Below are positions 43,017 through 56,323 of a stretch of DNA of 64,000 nucleotides, one piece after another. Below the pieces are notes generated by a model, which was given only the letters and a program-made list of their open reading frames with translations, searched no databases and was not told the origin of the DNA. The position numbers and the translations under genes were made by a program. How positions within the stretch are numbered: the first letter of the stretch is position 1; every line of letters begins with the position of its first letter. The stretch covers positions 2,170,001-2,234,000 of the forward strand of contig OZ176055.1 of NCBI GenBank assembly GCA_964247055.1, read 5' to 3'. Source of the stretch: Paragordius varius (lineage: Eukaryota > Animalia > Nematomorpha).

Positions 43017-43482
43017 TTAGTTAACGTTAGTTAAAATTAATAAATTACTTACAAAAGATTTCGTGTTTGATTAATTTGAGCCAAACACCTAATTAAATTT
43101 TTTTATATAAAATGGATAAAAATATAATATATTGTTAAAAAACAAAAAAACAAAATATACCTCAAACCGAACATATTTATGGAATACATTGGCGGGATAG
43201 TGGTAAAATCAGATATGACAAAATATGTATTATATTTATATAATAAAAATTATTATAACCCTTTTAAATATTTTCCTAATACATTATATATATTTTATAA
43301 TAGATAATAAAAAGTATTTGCTAAAATACATGCGAATTAAAATTTCTAAAATTATATTACTCAATAAATTTTACGGTACATATTGGGGACGGAAAATAAT
43401 ATCCTCTGAATTATATATATTCGTGTAAAAATGATCAGGATTCTGTTAGTGTTTTTGGTTTAAGGTTGTACAACTCATTTAA

Positions 43483-43810
43483 CACTTGGAAACACTTCAG
43501 TTCTTCGATTCAAATTGGGGTAGTTGAAGGTTTGTTCATAAATTGAAACTATGGCAAAAGTTTTAAATATATTAAGGAATCAAAATATAAAATATTTATA
43601 TTACTTTAGAGGTAAAACCCAAAGAAAATTTTCCCAATAACACGTTTATAACTTAAATATAAAATAATGCAAAACATGCAAATTTTTAGATCAATGTAAC
43701 GCTTCAATATTGGGTATCTAAATACCCCAGACGATATTTAAATTGATAGTTTTTAAGACTCCAAAAAAACGGTTTCAAATTTAATTTAAACTTCTATCCT
43801 AAAATAAATT
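43483..43810. mobile_element. Rearranged/partial family B MITE pieces
   Basis: TTAA|CACTTGG...cttcgattcaaattggggtag left end, followed by an inverted right-end piece (gggtatctaaatacccc). Confidence 0.5.
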
Positions 43811-44522
43811 GTATAAATAAGCCCAAATTATATTTAGCATTGGAAATGTAAATTGTAGAAAGTCCCCACAAACTTTTTCGCCGTCTTTCTCTCTTCCTTT
43901 TTTAAATCATGAATACAACAGGCTATATATATTATTGTTTTATAAATTTTACTCTGGCAAGCTTTCATATTACAAGGTAGATTTCAATATTTAATGCTTT
44001 ATTCTCAACTTTCCGTTTCAATCTGTTATAAGTTAAGAAACAGCAAATATTCCAAGTTTTTTTATACATATGAGGGTTTGATAATTATATTTTATACTAA
44101 ACAACTTTCAAAACAGTAGTTTTTTAGGGTAAAAAACTAAAATCTCATCGCAATGTAAAAAAGCGTTAATATACTTATGTACAAATTTATGGTAAGAAAA
44201 TATATTTTGACCCAGCAAAAATAAGTAAGTTCATGTCATTTCCTTTTGGAATAGGTTTCCACCCCAATGCTATTTTAAACTTAAGAAAAATTTATTATAT
44301 TGGGCTAAATCTAATAGGCATTCCTTAGCCGATCCAAGATTTAAACAATGCAAAATAAAAAAATCTTTTTCCACACTTTTTTGCCGTCATTTTTTTCAAA
44401 AAGTAGTATGATAGGGAAATAAATCTAATAAAAAATGTAAATTATGCGTTAGAGAACTTAATTTTTTGTGAATTCAAAATATTTTATTAATTATGTTATT
44501 TTTATTTATGAAGGTATATTAA

Positions 44523-45101
44523 CACCTGGATACAAGACACTCATTTTAGTCCTTCAATTTCAAATTGGGGTAGTAGGATACCCCAGGCCTGTTTAAAATC
44601 AAATACTTTAAAAAGTATAGAAGGAATCAAAACCATGGCAAAATTTTGCACTTATATAACATTAATAAACCGAAATATATAAAAAATTTTATTCAAAAAT
44701 ACTTGATATTACTTTTTTAAGCTAAAACCGAAAGGTATAAATTTCGTCAACGTGACATGGGTCAAATTGTAAAATTGAAAAATTATACAAACTAAACCGC
44801 TTTTTCTATTTATATCAATGTTAGATGTAATTTAAATAAAAAATTAGCTATAGTTTTACCCTTAAAATTAAATAAAGACGATCTTTTGCAAAAATTTTGT
44901 AAAATAAAAATGGCGTCGAAGTAGTTTGAGATGGAGCTTTTTTTAAAACAAAATTTTGTCAAGATATTTTGGCATATTTATATAATATTTATCAGGATAG
45001 AAGCATGAATTTAAATTGAGACCGTTTCCTTCGGTAGTTTTTTAAAAATATTAATTCAAATTTAGTCTGGGGTATTTAGATCCCCAATTTGAATCGAAGT
45101 G
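44523..45101 (+). mobile_element. piggyBac-like MITE (family B), full length
   Basis: TTAA|CACCTGG...GAAGTG|TTAA. Confidence 0.8.
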
Positions 45102-46322
45102 TTAAGGTTTTTTAAAGTTAAAAATCTTTAAAAAAATTAGCGTTTTTAATTACTGATGATTGTAATTTAAGATTTAACCAAATCAGCTTTCAAAACAGCT
45201 GTTTATTTACAAATAAAAGTTCTGAAACCTAAAACTACCCTAATGTAATCGTCTAAAAAAGAGAATGCAGGATCAAATCGGTGTTTGGTAATTTGGAGCA
45301 TGAAACGGCATAAAAAATAAAATATTAAAAAAACGTTGTCAATATAATCAGATGCTAAACTGTCTCAAAATATTATGATTAAGTTTTTTTGTAGCCGATC
45401 ACATTTTGGGGTGGTTTTTTGCGCTAATTTTTTTTTAAAAAAACTATTGTTTTGAAAGATTATTGGTTGAAATTATCAAGTTATCCTGTATTAGTTAAAA
45501 ATTTATATTTTTTGGAATTATCAGCTTGTCTAACACAAATGGCTTAGCGGGCCGCATTTTTTACCCAAAAAACGGGTGGGCCGGATTTAAAATATATGGG
45601 AATTATTAAGGAATTCATTATAATTCAAAAAATGCAAGCACCAAAGCAATTTCATATAACTTATACCAATTTGATATTTTTTAAAAATGTTTAGGAATTA
45701 TCAAATGTTGTAAGCATATTGTAATATATGGATTTTAAAATTTTATTCGGGGGAGGGGGGCACATAAAGTCTCGGAGGGCCGTGTGTTGGCCAGCCCTGA
45801 TTTATTGTATAGAATTAGGATGCCTCCATAACCCAATTGAAACAATCAGCTGATTTTTATTTAATATTGACAATTTGCTGCTAAACTTAAAATACTCTCT
45901 AGATTTAATTATTTTTTTAACCAATATATCTATACATTTATTTTCCAGTTATGTTAGCAAAATTAAAGATCCAAAAAAATGGAGGATAAAGTTCGAATTG
46001 AGCATTTGATTTTTTACAAGTTTATATAATTTTAGTTTAATCATCCGCATAAAAGACTAATTAATGCACATCTTTAAATTTAGCCCGAAAATTGAACACA
46101 TTGGTACTACAAAGGTAATTAATAGTTAAAAAGATTCTTTCATTTTTGTGCGATTTTTTAAATAAACTCAATTGATATTTAAAAATATAAAGAAGCGGAC
46201 CGCTGTACTGGACAACCTTGATCTAGAATATATAAAAGTAGTTATCAAGCAAGGAAACTATGAGTTTATTTAAGAAAACTAGTCCATTTTAGAGGAGTCC
46301 TAAAATTTGAGGTTTTCTTAAT

Positions 46323-46353
<31 letters not shown>

Positions 46354-46415
46354 GATTTAGGAACTTTATTTAAGAAAAATACAGTAGGAGTATATTAATA
46401 AATATATTTTAAATA

Positions 46416-46960
46416 CTAGCGTAAATCTCGTGCTGCTGCGCAGACCAAGGAAGTCCTTCGGACATCTGGGGGAGAGGGGCTATTTGAAAAAAGGGACAAT
46501 AAAATGATCCACATATGTGGATTATTTCGAAATATTATTTAATAGCTATGATCTCATAGGAATTTCAAAACGGATAAATTCAAAAAATTATTTTTGGACT
46601 TATTTTTTTTGAAAAAATGGCATTTTACGGGGGACCGGGTAAAAAGAGGGACTAAATTAAAAAAGCGAGACAACTATGTTCGGCGCAATCGAAAATAAAA
46701 AAACAAAATCATATTTGAAATTGAATGGTCCACCACGTTCTCCGGAAAATTGTCTCAAAGACACGATTTTTGTGGACTTCTTTTATAAAAAAACCCGTTT
46801 ACACGGGATGGGCCCGAACTGGGGCCTATTTCAAAAAAAGGGCGAAGCTATTGTCGGGGCATTCATTAATGATTATATTTTTTCGATGTTTGGATATGGA
46901 TGGGTACCGGTTTTCCGGAAACAGATCCCAAAGCCATGCAGGAAAAGGCGAAAAAGTACT
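46416..46960 (-). mobile_element. Short Helitron-like element sharing the family H 5' module but with a different 3' end
   Basis: 46620-46960 is the reverse complement of 1-150 and 15420-15720; CTAG at 46416-46419 is preceded (on -) by a GC-rich ctgcgcagcagcacgag segment. Confidence 0.55.
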
Positions 46961-47009
46961 TCAGGTCAATTATATTGCTCTTGCTGTATATGCTATACCA
47001 AAAAATACA

Positions 47010-47280
47010 ATATTTATTGAAATTATATGGACAAAACGTAAAATATATAAACAAATATTTTTTCAAAAGACAACCATACTTTATTAAGATTTAATTTCAC
47101 CACAATATGAAATACAATTGTAAAATATGAAACTTATTGAGTTATCAATATGCATTTCTTTGCACTTTTAAAGAAAGATATATATAAAGAGATTTAAAAG
47201 GTATGGTTGTGTTTAAAAAAATAATATTTGTCCCTATATTTTTACGTTTTGTCCGTATAATATCAATTTTTACTCTACTT
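47010..47280. mobile_element. Family C MITE
   Basis: ggacaaaacgtaaaatata ... tatatttttacgttttgtccgtata. Confidence 0.65.
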
Positions 47281-47651
47281 ATTCATAGTGTAATGTAAGC
47301 AAGTTTTATTTTTTGATAACTTACGGAAAAAGTGGATATGTGAATTCTGGTATATTTTCCTATCAGAATATATAAACCACAGGTTTTTATTTAATGAAAT
47401 TATAGTTATAATATTTTTGATATAACCGTTTAGTAATTAACGAAAATCATTAAAATTCTAAATTGCTATAGAATAGGATATTGATATACGAAAATCGAAA
47501 AAGATGGCAAGCAGAGGATATACCAAAAATCTTTCACAACAAAAATTGGTATTTTTAAACGCTTAGTACTAAAATGTGACAAAATACAAAAAATCGATGA
47601 AATATTTATCTGAATTTACAACTATAACATAACTGCTATAATATCGAATAA

Positions 47652-50600
47652 TTATTCAATTGGCATTATGGATTTAACTAAAATATCTAAAAGTTTATCC
47701 TGCTCAGACATTGTCCTGTTTTCAAAAACATGTGGTTTAAGTCCATCACTGGTGATCTAATATAAAATCATATGCATTATATGCTACTAAAACGAAAATT
47801 AAGTTACAAGAATAAAATCCAAATTAACATGATAATAAAACTTTAAATTTCGAATTTGCAAAGACAAATTTTTGCCCATATATTTTCCTATTTTATCTCA
47901 CACATCGCTTATTATAAATTACAGTAAATATTGAAATTATACGGACAAAACCTAAAAATATAAAGACAAATGTTTTTTTACAAGAAAATTATACTTTTTA
48001 AAATTTCATTTTTAAAAAGATAACTTATTGTTTTATATTGCAAAAATATAAAATTGATATGTATATTGCTTACACAATCAATTAAATATTTTAGAATTGT
48101 AATTATATAATTGTGAGGAAAAGCTTTTTAAAAGTATGGTTTCTTTTAGAAAAAATTATTTGTCTTTATATTTTTACGTTTTGTCAGTATAATTTCAGTT
48201 TTTACTCTATGTTTAAAATATTTTTTGTGTCACACCAGCTATACAATTAGAAATGGTTTATATATAATTATAATTTAATATATGAAAGTGCCCGATTAAA
48301 ACTACAGAAAATTACCTGAGGATTGGTTTGAGTGTCAATACTCTTTGTTTTGTTATTAGCTTGCGTAGGCCCTATAGCAGGCGCCAATATATTAAGCAAT
48401 TCATTCTTCACATTTTTATTTGTGTCAAGATCTAACAATTTATCTTTCAAATATTTTGGAATTTCATGGGATCGTAACCAATCATAAGAGGCATTCAAAT
48501 TAAAATAATTTTCGTCCGATTTTGCCTTAACGTTTTCTCGTTCGATCCTTTGTTTCTCTAATGCCAATAACTTTAACACTTCCAATGCTTGTTGGGAAAA
48601 TCGGGAACCTAATTGTGATTCAGTTTTTTCTTTGTCACTATTTAACATACACTTTTATAAATTAAAGCAATTTTTTGCAACTATACTATAATTATCAATC
48701 AGTTAAATGGTTGCCAAAAATATTGCAAAAATGACAGAATGTACAAATTAATGGGCAGAAATTTTATAAGAGACCCATTAAACTTGAATTTTTAATAACG
48801 ACTTGATTCAAACAGCAATGTATGAAATGACAATTGTAATAAAACAATTTTTATATGAAAAAATAAGGTTTTAAAAAAGTATGGTTGCATTTTAAAAAAC
48901 ATTGCTTTTAGTTATTACCTTTTGTCTGCATAATTTAAATTTTTAATTTATTTTTCTAAAAAACTAACCGATCGTTTTCGAGACGCTTTATCATAGCTTC
49001 GATAGAGACCAAACTTTCTTCATTCTGATTTACTGAATTGTTGAGCTTGGTGTTCTTGTCCTCCATAGTTGATTTTGTTACATTAGCGTCAACTGGAAGT
49101 ATATTTGATTCCTTTATTTCTTTATTTTGGTTAAATCGTTTTTCCGACCATAATTTTAAAAGGTCATCAATTCCTTTGGACCATTCAGCCATGTTTTGTG
49201 CTGTGAGAATATCTGAGTGTCTTCGCTCACTACCGCTTAAAGCAATCATCTATTCACATACAAAACATAATTTTTTATAGGGGTTTGGAATAAAGATTCG
49301 ATTACAAAATTCCTTAATAGAATTCGAAATTGATTCAATATATAAAAGTAAACCTGGTTATTCCACATTTGAGACATGTTATGCTTTTCACGATCGAAAT
49401 TCCGCTTGGATTGTGATAAGGCCATTTTAGCGGTTTCCAGCATTTCTCCTTTTATGCCATTCCAATCCGAATGAATTTGTCGGGCTAGGGCCTGGGCTCT
49501 CTCTTGGCCCCATTCAGTGTAGCATTGATCTCGTTTACGTTCCCAATCACGTAACAGGGATTTAGCCAGACCCCTTAAATCATCTTTTCGCCTTTCGAAA
49601 GACATGATTAGATTTTCTTTTCCTGAAATATATATATATATATATATATATATGTGGAAATTAATGTGATGCAGTAAAAAATGTATGTAAAAATAGGATG
49701 TAAAAAAAGTAAGGAGATAAAAAAGTTTTATTTGGATGTTAAATATGAAGAGTATTGCTTAATAAAAATAATTTGTTTTATGTTCCAAAGTATTTTAAGT
49801 AATTTTTAACGGTAGGGTAGCTTAAAGAAGATGTATTTTATTTTAAGTTGTTTTACCATTGCTTTTTGGCCAAAATGAATTCAATTTAGTTAACCTCTAC
49901 CGACTTCTATCATATTAATAATTTTCTACTTGTATTTCCTTTATCAATCATATCTTCAGCCCATTCCTTTATAACGTCATCGAATTTATGGGTCCATCGA
50001 TCAACCAGTCCATTTTTTAGTGCTATATACTCTTGTTGCATTTGATCGTGTCTTTCATTACATCGCTGTTCCCAGGTTTGAAAAGCTAAAATTCGATCTG
50101 ATTCCCATTCTGATAATATATCACCTAATGGCAATAAATTAAAGTTTTGATAAAGTACAGAATTGATTTTTATAATTTATACAAATTAGTTTTGGAACAT
50201 CTAATATAATAAGAAATATCCTATCTTTTTAATTACAACATATGGGGCCAAATGAATTATGGTAATGATTAGAATAACTTTTGTATGACTCAAGGATTCC
50301 ATCATTTCGAAATATTGGTATTTCATACGAATTTGATCAATAATATACAATTAATACAAAAGAATAATATATTTTATCAAGATTATTGGAAAATAATTCG
50401 CTCCATGTAAATTTTTGAGACTCGCTTAAAAATATTTTCGAATACTTTAAACATATATGCAAAATTTTTTTTTATTACCCATACGGCTCGAAATCAACCC
50501 AATTTCTATTTTTTACTAATTAATGAGCTGATTTTATCTTATCTAGATATATGAAAATACCAACATTTTTAGTTATCCATTGATTCTTGACTACTATTTA

Positions 50601-51757
50601 AACTCCATGTTTTTATTTAAACTTAACAAAACTAAACCTTTTTGTTTATCCCATAACTCAAGCATAGCATCATGACTCTCCTCAAACAAAGTATTGCTCC
50701 GTTCTCGCAACTGTGTAGCTAGAGATTGAACGTCATCTTTTATAGTCCATGCCTCCTTTTCAAAGTGATTGATGGTTCGATTGAATACACGATCACAACC
50801 CCTCACCATATTGCCAAAGAAAGTGTCCCCATTTTGTTTTAACCATTCGGATTGAGCCATTTTCCTGTCGGCATGCCAACTCGCTAAAGCTTGGAGTCTC
50901 ATGCGTTTCCATTCACGTTCTGCTTCTGTTCGTAATCTAACGCCTTCCTCTTGGATAAGTTGGGGGATCATGCTTTGGGAACGATCTAATACGTTGGTTG
51001 TTTTCGTTGATGTGGTAACCATCATATCTGGTTGATTTGGGGTTGAGTTAATTATGTTGCCATTGGTTTTAACAATTCTTGTGTCGGTATCAACATAATT
51101 TTGATAGTTTTTAGGATGAGCGTTGTTATCGATTGAATAATGATCATTGTCCGAATAATGTTGGTGTGACAATAGATTGGTAGGTATTTTGATATCAAAC
51201 TATATACGAAACAGAAAATGGTTATTTCATCAAAATAAAAACAATACTGATAAAAAGTTAAAATATTGGGGATTAAATTGGGATTTGGTTAAATTGAATT
51301 CCAAATAAGATGAAAAAAAGATAACTTCAATAGTTGGCACATTGGAATTGTTTGTATCATGTTTGGGTGTTTTGAAAGTATTGATGCGAATCGGTGGAGA
51401 AGTGAGACTTGGTTGAGGTGTCCGTGAACCGATTTTAGAATGTTCGGCTGAAAGAATATTTAGTATTCTGCCTTTTCTGCTATCCGTTTCACGGATTTCT
51501 TCATCTGGACTCGGTATCCGTTGTAGCGCCCCTTCAGAATCTACAAAGTGATCATGGGACGTTTGTTGTTTTATCTCATTAGTCAAATAATTTTTTGGGG
51601 GATTACTTTGAGTTTGACTTTCCTCCATACTCCCAGTGGTTTTTAAAAGTTCTCTAACACCTAAACTTCGCTTGGGACTTTTTGAAGTGGATTGCCCACT
51701 ACCTCCTAAAACAATAAGATCTTCCTCAGAATCGCTAAATTCGTCAGGAGATTTCAT
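47652..51757 (-). CDS. Uncharacterised helical protein with 11-residue Trp-periodic repeats; 7 exons
   Basis: Phase-consistent exons 51757-51326, 51199-50638, 50124-49930, 49622-49354, 49249-~48965, 48651-48316, 47756-47652. No recognised family; a further upstream exon is possible. Confidence 0.75.
47922..48207. mobile_element. Family C MITE in the last intron of the 11-mer repeat gene
   Basis: TA|CAGTAAATATTGAAATTATACGGAC ... TTTCAGTTTTTACTC|TA. Confidence 0.72.
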
Positions 51758-53734
51758 GACTGGCAAAAGAGACAAATATATGTTGAAATCATTCAAAAAA
51801 CTTAAAAATATATATATATTTTGAAATATAATAGTTTTTTTACCAGCTAAAAATAATTAAACAGAGTTAGTTTACAAACTAAATAACTATATAACAATCA
51901 AAAGTATTGTTATACACATTATCTTAATTAACAAATGGAAAAATGCACCATTTACATATTATTTTAATAGTATAAAATGGAAGCTATTTTACATTGGGAT
52001 ATATATTGTAAGTCAAATATTATTATAATTAAAATTTAGATTTAAAGTTTTATAAAAGTAAACAATGTTTTATATATTTTTTATACTTTTATTATGATAT
52101 TCCTAACATGCCTTTTGCTTTATTCAAAATACCCAAGAGTTATTTACAATATGGCGTTTATTCATTAGTTTTTCAATTGCATTATATAAGTTTTTTAACC
52201 ATTTATTTTACAGTCAATATATTATTATAAAATTACAATTTTTTCCATCAGTGTTTGCATACAAAATTCAGATAAACATGCTTTATTAAAGTTATATCAA
52301 CATTTATGGTAGTTTATAATAATCGAAAACCGCAAAGCTACTCACATGCCAAATAACAATTTTAGGTGAAACAAATTGTTTTAAATACAAAAAATATTGT
52401 TCTTACATATAAATTATATTTTGCTAAACAATGTTGCATATCATTTTAATATTTTTTGTTTTCGGCTGAGTAGTGACATTAGACTTAACACAAATAAGTC
52501 GGGATATAGCGAGGTTTTTTTATTGCTTGAAATACAATATTTTTGAATAAGTACATAAATTTATTAATGTAATATAAAAAAATTTAAATAACATTTTTAA
52601 CTTGATATTAATATTCCCATCAAAATTCTGAAGATTTTTCTATCAAATTTTTTAATGCATTTTTTGTGTTTTGAAAAGGTTAAATAAAGTTGGTGATGCA
52701 CAAATTATAAAATAAATTTTGATGTCATCAAAATAGCGACATCAAATAATTGTGCAAAAATATGATTTTTTTACGTTGGACGTCCTTTTTAACAAATGAT
52801 TAAATGCCAAATCGAAAAAAACCGAAAATTATTTATGATTAAAAAAATAAAACAAAATATGTTTAATTTTAACCATTTAAATTATTTTCCTATTGATAAA
52901 TAGTTTGAGGTTGCGATTAAGTTAATTTATTAAAACGGTAATTTTATAATAAACTATAAAAAATTTAATGGAAATCACAAAATGCTCTTTTATTTTTAAT
53001 TTAACCATTAAAGTCTGATTAAAAAAACCTAAATGCCTAATTCAAATAATAAAATTATTATAGTTATAGAACTAATTCATTAACACTCCATCCATTGGGG
53101 TAGTTTTCCCAGAGCGATTTCACATCTTAAAAATATTAAGGCTGTTAAGCCGAATTCGAAAAGGTGCTTAGCCTTTCATGCCCCTAAGCAGCGTTTTTCA
53201 AAAATATCATCCTCTTCACCCAATTCATATACGTTAATTAGCAAAAATATCAAATAAAAAGTTTATAACATTAAAAAAGGTTCCAATTATATATACTTAA
53301 ATATCTAAACAGTTTCCAAAATAATATTATTCATATTTTTGAATCTGTCAAGTGTGCCCTACACCACTCTTAAAAATATCCAAGTTCTACTTGATCATAT
53401 GATTTTTTATCACCTCCAAATAAAGTTGTTATGCGACTTAAGTCTCCTATATTTTTTTATCACTTGACGCAAGCCATGGCTTGAAAAACTTGGAAGTCTA
53501 GTTGAAAAATTTTTTTTATCACCCCATCTATTATCCAAGAGCGTTAAACCGTTTACATCATGACTCAAAATTGTATGAAATGAACTTCAACAAAATTTTG
53601 CTAAAAATATAATTTTAGAAGGTATGCATCTTAAAAATATTTTCGTTGGCATTTTAATTTAGCGTATATTAAAATTTTTATCTTGCGATCCCGGCATGTC
53701 GTTTATTTTAAGAGGACTAGGCCATTTTGGAGTA

Positions 53735-55025
53735 GGAAATTTGGAACTTTCGGAGCCCACATTTAAAAATTAAATTTTTTGAATATACTTTTTGCTTTTA
53801 ATATGTAGTTTATGATATATTTTAGTTTCTTTAGAAAAATGTATCACCAAAAAAATTTTATTTAAACAAATTTGCGCAAATTTTGCCATTTTCTGATATG
53901 AATCATTTACCACATATTAATCTAAGGGTCAAAACTAAATGCATCTAAAGCATCCTGATACATTTATTAATTAGATTATCTTCTCCCGGATTTTTGTCGC
54001 ACTGTAATGCATTAAAAAGTTTGTAGCTATATATTAACAGAAAATTTGAAATACTTTAATTTTAATAGCATATTCGTTTCAAGCAGAATTAGGAAGTCAA
54101 AAACTCTAAAAATATAAGCTTTCTATCTAATACACACAATGTACACAAAAAACATCATGATAAAATATATATACTATTGTAATTATCAGGAATCTCATAG
54201 TAGATTATGTGGCTAAAAGTGTTTTAATAATGTTATTTACATTTTTGTGGTAAGTGTTCCATATCAGAAAATGGCGCCAAAGCTAAATGTTTCATTCTAA
54301 ATAATATCACTAATCATAAACTACCTATAAAAAAATAAAATTATTAAAAATAATTTTTTTTGATTCGGGATCCGAAAGTCACAATCTTTTCCCTCCTTCT
54401 AAATAGATTACTTTAATAACGCAAAAACAACCCAGGGCTCATGCCATATTATATGCTAAATTTTGATATCAACTAAAAATATTTTTTAAAAAGGCAAAAT
54501 GGAAGCGGTATAAAAGCACCCAAAGACATTTTAGGACACCTTTATGCTAAAGGTTTCTACAACATCAAAATATGATTTAAACATTCGTTCGTTTTCACAA
54601 TTATATCAAATTTGTGTTTTTTTTACAAAAATTCAAAATTTAAAGCAAAAAGAGTTTTAATATAAATTCTGATGTGATAGAATGCATCACAAATTATCTT
54701 AAATAGTCGTTTTTATAAAGTCTTAAAGCTTTTTTGTACCGTTTTCATAATGCCTCAAAGTATGTACCTTCAACAAAATTTCATAAAAATTAAAATTTTG
54801 AAAAAAGTGTGCATAATTTTGTTTATTTATCGCATTTCTGGATTTTTGCGTTCTAGAGTGAAAACAATTTGGACTTTCGGAGTCCAAATAATATATTTTT
54901 AAAAAATATTGTTTTGCTTTTTATAGTTGATTCAAGACAAATTTTAGTGAAATTTTTTGATGGAACCATTAAGCTTTCACACATTATTAAAAAAGGTGTG
55001 CAAATTTCGCTATTTGATATAAGGA
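53735..55025. repeat. Dispersed direct and inverted copies of an unclassified repeat
   Basis: ctttcggag(c/t)cc and gcaaattt(t/c)gc(c/t)att motifs at 53740-53900 and 54860-55020 (direct) and 54250-54385 (inverted). Confidence 0.4.
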
Positions 55026-55235
55026 GCACTTAAAAATGTTAATACTTTCCAAAACATTTGTAAGCCCCAAAACCAAGAGCACCATGAAATTTCTAGCGCA
55101 ACTTTTTATCAAATTATATTTTTTCATCAATTTTGTATACTGTCGATATGAACATAATTTTTGAAAATTTCTAAGAAAATATTTTTAAAAAAATAATTAT
55201 TTACAAAATAGAGCATTGCATTGAATATGTATTAA

Positions 55236-55809
55236 CACTTGTATACAACACACTCATTTTAGTCCTTCGAAAATTGGGGTAGTTGGATACCCCAGGCCTG
55301 TTTAAAATCAAATACTTTAAAAAGTATGGAAGAAATCGAAACCATGGCAAAATTTTGCACTTCTATAACATTAATAAATCGAAATGTATAAAAAAATTTA
55401 TTTAAAAATACTTGATATTACTTATTTTAAGCTAAAACGGGTAAAAATTTCGTCAACGTGCCATGTATCAAATTGTAAAATTAAGGAATAATACAAAATA
55501 AACCGCTTTTTCTATTTCTATCAATGTTAGATGTAATATATATAAAAATTTAGCTTAAATTTTACCCTTAAAATATAATGAAGACGATATTTTGAAAAAA
55601 TTTTGTAAAATAAAAATGGCGTCGAAGTAGTTTGAGATGGAACTTTTTTTTCAAAACATAATTTTATCAGGATATTATGTCATAATTATATAATTTTTAT
55701 GAGGATAGAAGCATAATTTAAATTTGGACCGTTTTCTTCAGTAGTTTTATTTAAATATTAATTTAAATTTAGTCTGCGGTATTTAGATACCCCAATTTGA
55801 ATCGAGGTG
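55236..55809 (+). mobile_element. piggyBac-like MITE (family B), full length
   Basis: TTAA|CACTTG...GAGGTG|TTAA. Confidence 0.8.
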
Positions 55810-56323
55810 TTAATGCACACATGTTATGTTGACCAAATTTTTACCTTAAGGTTTATCCATAAATAATTTAATGAATATTTTTTAAATAATCGCTACATTA
55901 ATTCTATTAAGTGCACATTTGCAATGGTTTTGATTTGTTTTATATCTATAAGAATATTTTGTTTTAAACAGGCCTGAGGTTTCCAAACACCGAATTGGAG
56001 GACGGAAATAAATGCAATGTATCGAAGTGCTAAACTTGCAAGTAAACTACTATATTAAAAAAGGTTTGGCTTTTTGTATAATAAATACCTTCAATAAGGC
56101 CTTTTTATTAAAATAAAAAATTATTATTAAAAATATTTTTTTGGGCGACCAATTTTCTTTGTCCCAGATGACAACATTTTTAATGAACAACGCATGATGT
56201 TTAAATTTTTGAAAAAACATCCTAAAAAATTTGCTTTAGCAGGTTGTTTAACGCTTTATGGCTCCAAGTTTTTGTATGTAAGGCACAAGTTTAAAAAATA
56301 ATTATGTAAGGGAAAATAAATTA

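Noticed and set aside
46676-47094. Cluster of four overlapping ORFs
   Set aside because: They span a Helitron module/MITE junction, are compositionally biased and carry no motif.
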